The notes under the pieces are model-generated. The model made no database searches, was not told the origin of the DNA, and worked only from the letters and a program-made list of their open reading frames with translations. The translations under genes were made by a program, and so were the position numbers. A DNA stretch of 64,000 nucleotides, from assembly GCA_950097015.1 (NCBI GenBank), contig CATNEN010000001.1, positions 8,494,001 to 8,558,000 of the forward strand, read 5' to 3'. This DNA comes from Macrostomum hystrix. Lineage: Eukaryota > Animalia > Platyhelminthes. Shown here piece after piece: positions 11,338 through 21,296 of this stretch (positions are counted from its first letter, which is position 1; each line of letters opens with the position of its first letter).

Positions 11338-12332
11338 GAGTCATTAGAGAAGTTTCTGAGTCATTAGAGAAGTTTCTGAGTCATTAGATAAGTTTCTGAG
11401 TCATTAGAGAAGTTTCTGAGTCATTAGATAAGTTTCTGAGTCATTAGATAAGTTTCTGAGTCATTAGAGAAGTTTCTGAGTCATTAGATAAGTTTCTGAG
11501 TCATTAGATAAGTTTCTGAGTCATTAGAGAAGTTTCTGAGTCATTAGAGAAGTTTCTGAGTCATTAGATAAGTTTCTGAGTCATTAGATAAGTTTCTGAG
11601 TCATTAGAGAAGTTTCTGAGTCATTAGATAAGTTTCTGAGTCATTAGATAAGTTTCTGAGTCATTAGAGAAGTTTCTGAGTCATTAGATAAGTTTCTGAG
11701 TCATTAGATAAGTTTCTGAGTCATTAGATAAGTTTCTGAGTCATTAGATAAGTTTCTGAGTCATTAGATAAGTTTCTGAGTCATTAGATAAGTTTCTGAG
11801 TCATTAGAGAAGTTTCTGAGTCATTAGATAAGTTTCTGAGTCATTAGAGAAGTTTCTGAGTCATTAGAGAAGTTTCTGAGTCATTAGAGAAGTTTCTGAG
11901 TCATTAGAGAAGTTTCTGAGTCATTAGAGAAGTTTCTGAGTCATTAGATAAGTTTCTGAGTCATTAGAGAAGTTTCTGAGTCATTAGATAAGTTTCTGAG
12001 TCATTAGAGAAGTTTCTGAGTCATTAGATAAGTTTCTGAGTCATTAGATAAGTTTCTGAGTCATTAGAGAAGTTTCTGAGTCATTAGAGAAGTTTCTGAG
12101 TCATTAGAGAAGTTTCTGAGTCATTAGATAAGTTTCTGAGTCATTAGATAAGTTTCTGAGTCATTAGATAAGTTTCTGAGTCATTAGATAAGTTTCTGAG
12201 TCATTAGAGAAGTTTCTGAGTCATTAGATAAGTTTCTGAGTCATTAGATAAGTTTCTGAGTCATTAGATAAGTTTCTGAGTCATTAGATAAGTTTCTGAG
12301 TCATTAGATAAGTTTCTGAGTCATTAGAGAAG
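11338..12332. repeat. 20-bp minisatellite (GAGTCATTAGA[G/T]AAGTTTCT), about 50 copies
   Basis: Directly visible perfect array with one binary G/T variant position. Degenerate units from about 11238. Confidence 0.97.
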
Positions 12333-12571
12333 TGCTTTAGCCGTTAGAGAGGGGAATATAACACCATCAGTTTGTCATGGTATCGTTTTAATCGGGATAA
12401 GTTTTATATTATTTTCTTCTGAGTTCAAGTAAAATTGCTTGGAAATTTATAAAGAATAAATAAATATAAATAAATAGATACACAAGCGGGTCAATAAAGC
12501 TAATAGAGAAAAATCTATACTTTACAAACATACTGTAAGCTATTAAGTCAGTATTAATAGTCCAATTAGTT

Positions 12572-15500
12572 TCAATGCACGCCCATCAGATTAATGCTGG
12601 AGCCGGATGACCGTCTGATAATGTCACGCTTCAAGTGTTTGTGCAGTCTAGAGGACAATTTGTGCAACGTCTTGGCAGCTTTGACAGCGTCTGTCAGATC
12701 TAGCTGCGATTGAGTCCGGCCGACGGGATAATAGTCCGGCTGTGGGAAAAGTTTTCAGGGTAAATCTGCTGTTAGGAATTAGGCATAAATTTAACACATT
12801 CCTTTTAGGATAAAATTAATAGAGGCTTATGACTTCTACGTAGATATCGATAATGACTTCAGGGTAGATCGTGACTTCAGGGTAGCTAATGACTTCAGGA
12901 TAGCTAATGACTTCAGGGTAGATAATGACTTCAGGGTAGATAATGACTTCAGGGTAGCTAATGACTTCAGGGTAGCTAATGACTTCAGGGTAGCTAATGA
13001 CTTCAGGGTAGCTAATGACTTTAGGGTAGCTAATGACTTCAGGGTAGCTAATGACTTTAGGGTAGCTAATGACTTCAGGGAAGATCGTGACTTCAGTGTG
13101 AAGAATAACTTCAGGGTAGATCGTGGCTTCATGGTAGATAATAACTTCAGATCGTGACTTCAGGGTAGCTAATGACTTCAGGGAGATAATGACTTCAGTG
13201 TAGACAATAACTTAAGGGTAGATCGTGACTTCAGGTAGATAGCGACTTCAGGGTTAGATAGTGACTTCAGGGTAAATAAAGATAATTAATACTGGGCAGA
13301 CTTCAGGACTTCAGGCCAGTGAGTTTAAACCAACCTGAAATCCACCGCTACTGGCATAACCAACGCCGCTGTCAGCTTCGTAGATGTAAAACTCCTGCGT
13401 AGGCTGCGGCGGCGGCGGCGGCTGAGGAGGAAGACCGTAACCAACTCTACCGTAGGCCCTCCTCCGACCATTGCTGGCTGCAAGAGAGCTGACGCTGGCA
13501 ACACGGCGAAGCGACGAAGCGTCAGCTGGACCAGTCTCGGTCACAATGTAGCGTCGGAGCGGCTGCGGCGGTTCTACGTTGTACACGCGCTCCCTAGGAG
13601 GAGCAAAGCTGTTAAAAAGGAATATGATTAAATAGTAGTAGACAAATCAGCTGAGCCCTGAGCTCACACTCACACTGGGGTGTAAAGCTGATCTGACTTT
13701 CTTATCATCAAGCTTGGGGATCAGAATCTGATGTACACAAGCTTTGGGATCAGAATCTGATGTACACAAGCTTTGAGATTACAATCTGATGTACACAAGC
13801 TTTGGGATCAGAATCTGATGTACACAAGCTTTGGGATCAGAATCTGATGTACACAAGCTTTGGGATCAGAATCTGATGTACACAAGCTTTGGGATCAGAA
13901 TCTGATGTACACAAGCTTTGGGATCAGAATCTGATGTACACAAGATTTGAGATTACAATCTGATGTACACAAGCTTTGGGATCAGAATCTGATGTACACA
14001 AGCTTTGGGATCAGAATCTGATGTACACAAGCTTTGGGATCAGAATCTGATGTACACAAGCTTTGGGATCACAATCTGATGTACACAAGCTTTGGGATCA
14101 GAATCTGATGTACACAAGCTTTGGGATCAGAATCTGATGTACACAAGCTTTGGGATCAGAATCTGATGTACACAAGCTTTGGGATCAGAATCTGATGTAC
14201 ACAAGCTTTGGGATCACATTCTGATGTACACAAGCTTTGGGATCAGAATCTGATGTACACAAGCTTGGGGATCAGAATCTGATGTACACAAGCTTTGGGA
14301 TCAGAATCTGATGTACACAAGCTTTGGGATCAGAATCTGATGTACACAAGCTTTGGGATCAGAATCTGATGTACACAAGCTTTGGGATCACATTCTGATG
14401 TACACAAGCTTTGGGATCAGAATCTGATGTACACAAGCTTGGGGATCAGAATCTGATGTACACAAGCTTTGGGATCAGAATCTGATGTACACAAGCTTTG
14501 GGATCACAATCTGATGTACACAAGCTTTGGGATCACAATCTGATGTACACAAGCTTTGGGATCACATTCTGATGTACACAAGCTTTGGGATCACAATCTG
14601 CAATTTGGGATCGAATTTGGCACCAAAAGAATGTGGCCTCGCCGCGGATTCGAGCTCGGGTGCACCTTTCGTGTCTGTTACCTACAACTGATTTAGAGAA
14701 AATAAATAAAAAGAACTCACCCAGCCACGTGAGTTCTAAGGCCGTGCACAGCACGCATTGGACCAACTTTGGGATATCTGCAAGTCAGCAGGATTAGGCA
14801 AGCGAAATACTGTTAGCTCGCTAAGTTAACTTTGTTACAGGCTACCAACAAGCAAAAGTCTAAATTAGAAGGTTAAATTGTAAAGTTTGATCTAGAAGCA
14901 TGGCTTAAAGCCTAGTGGTTTGAGAGTCGGACTCACGACTTGGAGGTCGGGGGTTCGATTCCCGACTCCACTGGAAACTCTTAACTCTGCATTGCTCCAG
15001 TTCAGCCAGTTGTTAAATGGGTACCAGCATTAGCTGGCGTAATTGAGGGTGGGTGTGGCTTCCCCCCAGTCCATGGACTGAACAGCCGTACGCAGCCTTC
15101 AGATGCGCCGCGCAATAGCTGCGGTTGTTGGGGCAGGTGTAATCAATCAATAATCTAATTATCTAAAAAATGTAACAAAGGCGTGTCAAAATGTATCGTT
15201 ACTTCTTAGAGCGTTAATTTAAAAGCTTCAACGCTAGTTAATCGTTACTTTTTCAACGAGTCTAATTAGGACGCCAAATGAATGTTAGCATTTGTTGTTA
15301 AAACAAGCGACATTTTTTGTGATCACCAGTCTAGGTCACTCACCTTCCGAAACCGCCACCGACATGCTGCTGCTGCCGCTGCTGATACGGATAAGCCGGC
15401 GGCGGCGGTCTTGCAGAGCCAGCTGCCAGACAGGCCGACCGTCTGTGCGGCGTGCCCGGCTCGGCGCCGCATCCGGCGCAGACTCGATTCTCGAAGCTCA

Positions 15501-18500
15501 CTGGCCGGCCGCGATTTCGCCTCTCCGGCACTTTGCGCCAAGCTCGAGACCGCCCACCGTCGCTGGGTTTATTAGCCGCATCCCCAGCTGCTCCGCCGCG
15601 GAAGCGCATACCGGCTGCGCGTGGACTGGCGTCTCTGGGATGACGCTTGGGATAGAATGAGTACTCGCTGTACTCAAACTCCGGCCAATTGTCGTCATCG
15701 TCAAAATCTTCGTCTTCGTCAATATCCAGATCGTCGTCATCCGACTGGTAATCGTCTTCGGAGTCGTCGCCAAATCGTCGACGTCCGCGACGAAGAATGC
15801 CGGCCGAAGGGCTGGCTGCGGACACTGGCGACGGTCTGGCGGCGTTCGGATTCAGCCGTCGACTATCTCGATGATTGGCGCCAGGTCTAGAACGCTGTTG
15901 ACGACCGTTTTCATAGAAAGCAGAGTCATCATTATCAGTATTGCTGTGGCCTCTCCTAGTAGCGGCTGTTCTGTCTGGACTCTGGTACTCTTCCTCGTCA
16001 GAATAATAGTAATCGTCTTCGAGTGGATAGCGCCGAACTAGGCGACCTTCGCGATCGTATTCCTCTGTGAATGGAGGCTGTCTTGGTCTAGACCTACGAT
16101 TCTGCTGCTGCTGCTGCTGCCGATCTTTCGAACGCGCCTGAGAATTCGGCTGCTCATCGCGCCTAGCTGTGCTGGGACGTCGTAAATTTTCGCTACTTAA
16201 AATCGACGCGGCGTCGTCCGGAGTGGCTCCGGCGGCGACCGCTGCGGCCGCGGCCGCTTCAGCTTCAATCTCGGTGTCCAACTGATCTCGCAGCCAACGA
16301 ATGTCCTGTTCAAGATCGTGATATTCGTGATCAGCTGCATCCTTCTTTGTGTGCTGCTGCTGAGAGGCGGCCGAAATGCCGCCATTCAGTGTTGAAGCCA
16401 CAGAAGCCACGCCGCCAACAGCCACACCAGAGCCAACATCCGTGTCCGTATTCCGACTCAATCGTCTGCCAGCAACCGTGGACGAAGCGGCGGACATCAT
16501 CTCGTCTAGCGGACTGCCTCGCTGGCGTCGCTGATGCTGTTGAAGCAGGAGCTGCGAGGAGTGCCTCCGACCTCCGCCAGCGCTGGTAGCGAATCCGCTG
16601 TCATTCTCAGAGAGTGCGCCGGCGCCCAAGCCAGCATTCTGATTTAACGAAGATGCAGATTTAGCAGGCGAATAATGAGCCTTGCCATCGCCTGCGCCCG
16701 ACACCGCAGCCGACTGCGCCGGATTCAGCGGCATTCGTCGGGTACCACCGGCGCTGGCTCCGGATCCTCTAGGCGAGCCGGCACTAGCCAGTGCGGCCAG
16801 TTCAGCTTCCAGCTGAGCCGCCGTGCCAATCAGTCGACTACGACCGGCACTTTCGGCAACAATTCGGCGAAGTTCGCCAACTAGACGATCCAGTTCGCGT
16901 CTGGATGTTCCGCCACCTAACGAAGAAGCCGCCGTTGTTGTGCCAGTTGACGTTGGCGAATCGATTAGATCGACGCCTCGTCCGCCTCCGCCACCAGTAA
17001 CGCTGCTATTGGACTGTTTCAAATGACGATACTGACCCATGAGGTCTAGATAGAGTTCCTCGAGCTGAGCGAGCCTGTGCTCCGAACTCAATGCGGATTC
17101 GCCAATGGAAGCCGGATCTGTTGCAGTGGCTGCTGTGGCTGTTGACAGCTGAGTACCAGCCGCTGCGCTTGATCGGCGACGATCAAATGACGGATCGCGA
17201 AACGGCGTACGACGCTTCTGGCCACTTTGGCGAGCGTTTTCCGTCACCTGGTTTTAGGATGAAAATGATGGGTGACAGGTTGTTGCCAAGCAGCTAGGAG
17301 CTAGCTGATTTTGGGATCAGAATCTCATTGTAGCTTTGGGATCAGAATCTCATTGTAGCTTTGGGATCAGAATCCCATTGTAGCTTTGGGATCAGAATCT
17401 CATTGTAGCTTTGGGATCAGAATCTCATTGTAGCTTTGGGATCAGAATCTCATTGTAGCTTTGGGATCAGAATCTCATTGTAGCTTTGGGATCAGAATCC
17501 CATTGTAGCTTTGGGATCAGAATCTCATTGTAGCTTTGGGATCAGAATCTCATTGTAGCTTTGGGATCAGAATCTCATTGTAGCTTTGGGATCAGAATCT
17601 CATTGTAGCTTTGGGATCAGAATCTCATTGTAGCTTTGGGATCAGAATCTCATTGTAGCTTTGGGATCAGAATCCCATTGTAGCTTTGGGATCAGAATCT
17701 CATTGTAGCTTTGGGATCAGAATCTCATTGTAGCTTTGGGATCAGAATCTGTTTAACAGAAGCTTTGGGAACAATGTCGATATAACTCTGGGATGAGAAT
17801 CTGATGCGGCTTTATAAACTCAAGTGCAAGACATTGTCACTGACCTGCTCGTCCAGCTCATCTAGTCGCATGCTCAACTGAAACAGCTCTCCCTCCAACT
17901 GCTCGACGTCAACGCCGCCGAATTCATCTTCGTCATCCTCGTCTTCGTCTCCCTCGCCGCCGCCAACAATCCGGTTAGCGAATTCTTTCTGCAATTGGTC
18001 GAATGCTTGACGCAGTTCCGCCCGGAGCTGCTCCTGCTCCTCCACTGGCAGAGTGGCCAGATTGGCGCTGTCCAGGCGTCTGGAAAAGCAAATTATAAGG
18101 AGTTTTATTCAAATTCCAACTAGCCTACTCACAGTAGGATAGTAAACAAATCACGATTGAACTAACTTATGCAAGGCTTGAATTTTGCGCAACAACTGGC
18201 CCTTCTTGCCGCCGATTAGGGCGCCACCGCCTAATAGGCGGGGATCGAACCCGCGACCTCCAACACCAGCGCCGCCGCGCCTAGCCAGTTTGTTGGCAAC
18301 AACGGAGGGCGAAGCCGGGAGAGACGAAGTCTGACGCATAGCTGCGGCCTGGGCTTGCTGCTGCTGCTGCTGCTGATGTTGTGCGTCAGTCATAGCAGAT
18401 CTGGCCCTCTGCTGCTGCTGCTGCTGTTGCTGGGTTAGGCCGAATTGCTGTTGCTGCTGATTGATAACGCGCTGATGGCGAGCGAGTCTTTGATGCTGCT

Positions 18501-21296
18501 GCGGAGACGGAGTGTTGTAAGCCTGAGTGCCGGCGCCAACGTAGCCGCCGCTAGCCGACCATCTTGAAGCTCTACCGACGCTGCTGTTCTCGCCGTGTTG
18601 CAAATTCACCCTGGCGCCAAGGCGCAACTGATCGATGGTGACCTCGGCCAGGGCGTGCTTGGTCAATAATCGGTCATAGTCGGATTGCAACTGCTGCAGA
18701 ACACTCTCCTGCTGCTGGCGAAGGGTCTCTTCACGCCTGAGCCGCTGCTTCAGCTGAATGTCATCCTGGGTGCCGGCCGCGGCCACGGAAGACACGCCGT
18801 CGCCGGATGCTGTTGAAGAAGACGAACGCGGGATTCGAACTCGCGACGACTGTTGCTGCTGCTGCTGCTGCTGAGTAGATTGAGGACGAGACGGCTGCTT
18901 TGGAGGTGTAGAGGAAACTGGGACGGCAGTTCCTGTAGTCGAAGATGAAGCTGTCGAGGCGGCTGCGGCCGTGACAGACGACGATTTTCGACTGCGTCGA
19001 TCTTTAGCAATGATTGGCTTCTGCTGGCGCTGCTGCTGCTGCTTCTGCTGAGGATATTGCGAATAGACTGATGTGCCAGAATAGACCGGGGCAGATTCTA
19101 GGGCGCTGTTTACCTGAAAGTTTAAAATTAAACATTTATTATTCACTTATCTACTTAAGTAAGTAGTGAGATTTGCTAGCAAAATGAAACTATTAGCGCC
19201 AAACTATTTATTGATTTATTCGATTCACGAGCTTCTAAAACTTACTAAGGAGGTCTGAAGTTCGAATCCTTGAGTAACATATTCGATCCCGCATTGATTT
19301 AGTTCAACCAGCTGTAAAACGGGAACCAGCAGAAAGATCATTTCAAATACCCGCTGCCTACTTCGCGACAGCTCCCAAACCGAACCCTTTCCGCCCTTCA
19401 CGATGAACTAACTTTCGAAGCCGTCCGAGAGGGTCAGCTGGGGGGTCAGTGGCAGAGCGGTCTAACGCGTTTGCCTCTCGTACCAAGGTCCCTGAGCTCA
19501 ATTCCGCAGCGAGGCGGAGATGAGAAAGTCAGGACAGATGTACACACCTGTGTGAGCGTGTGTGCTCAGGAGTCAGCGAAATGGGCAGAATTGCCTCCTC
19601 GCTGGCTGCGGGTCTAGTGTCATCAAATGATGTGCCATTGCCCGCAGCCCTCCTGCAATTATTATTATCAATACGCCTTCCGAGACAGCATTGTCGAGTT
19701 ATTCAGCAATTCTTGTCGGCGGCCCTGGTGACGAGGACAACTAGCATGGCCCTGAATAACCCTCTAAGGCGAATCCATATGAAAAAATTATTAATTTAAT
19801 TTATCTAAAACAGTCAACAATGTTAGCCGACATGGGCGCATGATGAAATTTTGCGAGACCTCGACAAGAATCGTTGAACAACTCGACGATGCCAATTGTT
19901 CTGGATTGTTTAAGTGGTTTCGCCGGAAAAAAGGTGGAAACTTTTAGCCCTGTCTTCTAGATTTTCATGGCGATTGGTTAATTATTTTAGGAGATGAAGA
20001 AAAAAGAGAAATGTGGGTATTTTTCGTGGAGTTTCTACTGTGTCACAAAATGTCTCACCTGATCATGCAGCTCAATAGGATCATAGTCAGCTTCGGGCGG
20101 ATCGTGCTTAGTATTGACATCGATTAGTTCACCCTCCTCTTCGGCTCTGGCGATGGCTTCGGCTCTGGCGGCGGCTTCGGCCAGAGCGGCAGCCGGATCG
20201 TCGACATATTCAATGAGCATGTCGCCAGTTTCAAAGTCCATCAGGGCGGTCACCTGGGAGACTTCGTAGTCGGCGCTATCCCTGCGATGAGCGAGCTGGT
20301 TAAGCTGCTGCTGCTGCTGCGGCGATGGCAGCGCTCTAGTCAGCTCGTTCATGGTGCCCTGCTGAGTATGATTGGCCCCAGAGGCGGACGATGAAGCAAC
20401 AGGCGGCGGCAACATTCGACTATAATCGGCCTGAGATTTTTGAGCCTCCTGCAGATAGTCGTCTAGAAGGGCGGCTTCCGCATCATCGTCTAGATCGACG
20501 TCTTGAAGAAATGACCGACTACTACTGGCCGCACCGACCGAAGATGGCGCTGATGTCCACGGATGCTGCTGACTGTCAGCTGACTCATGCTGCTGCTGCT
20601 GCTGATTTCTGTGATGTCTGCGACCTCTGCGCAGTTGCTGCCTACCTTCGCTGTTTGGCTCTGCGTCGTCGTCATAATTTTCTTCGAAATCACCTTCGTA
20701 ATAATAGTTACTATTATTATTCGTTTGATTTCCAGCCTGTTGATTGGAATTACGACCGTTTCCATTCCGTGATTGATTCCAGAGTTCGCCGGCGCTAACA
20801 GAATGTTCTAGCCTATTGCTGCCACTGCTGGCTCGATGCTGTTGTTGTTGTTGCACAATTTCTGGCTCCTCGTCTGTGGTAAACGGATGGAGTTACATAA
20901 ATATATTTGCTCTGCACAACTCATTAAGTACAAACTCCTACTAGCCTGCCGTTGTTATCGGGTGTCACTCCTGTGGCTTATCATGTGTCACTCCTGTGGC
21001 TTATCAGGTGTCACTCCTGTGGCTTATCAGGTGTCACTCCTGTGGCTTATCTGGTGTCACTCCTGTGGCTTATCTGGTGTCACTCCTGTGGCTAATCTGG
21101 TGTCACTCCTGTGGCTTATCTGGTGTCACTCCTGTGGCTTATCTGGTGTCACTCCTATGGCTTATCAGGTGTCACTCGCTGTTTATAGTTGTAACCAATC
21201 ATCACAACACTCACCATGAACTATCTGGTGTCCATGCTCATCGATTTCAAAGTCCAAATCGAATTCATAGGTTGGACTTGATTGACTCTGCATCAT
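12572..21296 (-). CDS. AKNA: AKNA-domain protein (AKNA/AKNAD1 family), low-complexity Q/A/G-rich
   Basis: Exons 21296-21215, 20873-20059, 19113-18167, 18079-17845, 17247-15344, 14777-14721, 13608-13335, 12739-12572, all phase-consistent. YDRLLTKHALAEVTIDQLRLGARVNL matches the AKNA domain. Also LEGELFQLSMRLDEL, a CAGCG CxxC motif and a C-terminal helix LTDAVKAAKTLHKLSSRL. Confidence 0.75.
12850..13275. repeat. 18-bp minisatellite (AGGGTAGCTAATGACTTC) in the last AKNA intron
   Basis: Visible tandem array; explains the spurious LKSLAT ORF. Confidence 0.93.
13708..14600. repeat. 29-bp minisatellite (TCTGATGTACACAAGCTTTGGGATCAGAA), about 30 copies
   Basis: Visible tandem array filling intron 13609-14720. 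Confidence 0.96.
14900..15150 (+). mobile_element. tRNA-derived SINE, family B (CORE-SINE-like)
   Basis: B box GGTTCGATTCCC at 14952-14963. CORE-like segment cttaactctgcattgctccagttcagccagttgttaaatgggtacc. (AATC)n tail. Related fragments at 19245-19331 (+) and 35029-35061 (-). Confidence 0.65.
17310..17750. repeat. 25-bp minisatellite (TTTGGGATCAGAATCTCATTGTAGC), about 17 copies
   Basis: Visible tandem array in intron 17248-17844. Confidence 0.95.
19245..19331 (+). mobile_element. Degenerate SINE family B fragment
   Basis: gttcgaatcc B box plus gcattgatttagttcaaccagctgtaaaacgggaaccagc, similar to 14985-15029. Confidence 0.5.
19438..19668 (+). mobile_element. tRNA-derived SINE, family A (internally shorter copy)
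   Basis: A box TGGCAGAGCGG at 19450-19460, B-box-like gagctcaattcc at 19494-19505, body shared with the 6508 copy, attattattat tail. Confidence 0.72.
20962..21177. repeat. 23-bp minisatellite (GTGTCACTCCTGTGGCTTATCTG)
   Basis: About 9 copies in the first AKNA coding intron. Confidence 0.92.

Noticed and set aside
13021-13062. TTAGGG telomere-like hexamers
   Set aside because: Two isolated point variants of the 18-bp unit, not a telomeric tract.
14900-14975. tRNA gene (also at 19438-19515 and about 62060-62120)
   Set aside because: B box present but no complete cloverleaf or acceptor stem. The first two continue into dispersed repeat bodies, so they are SINE heads.
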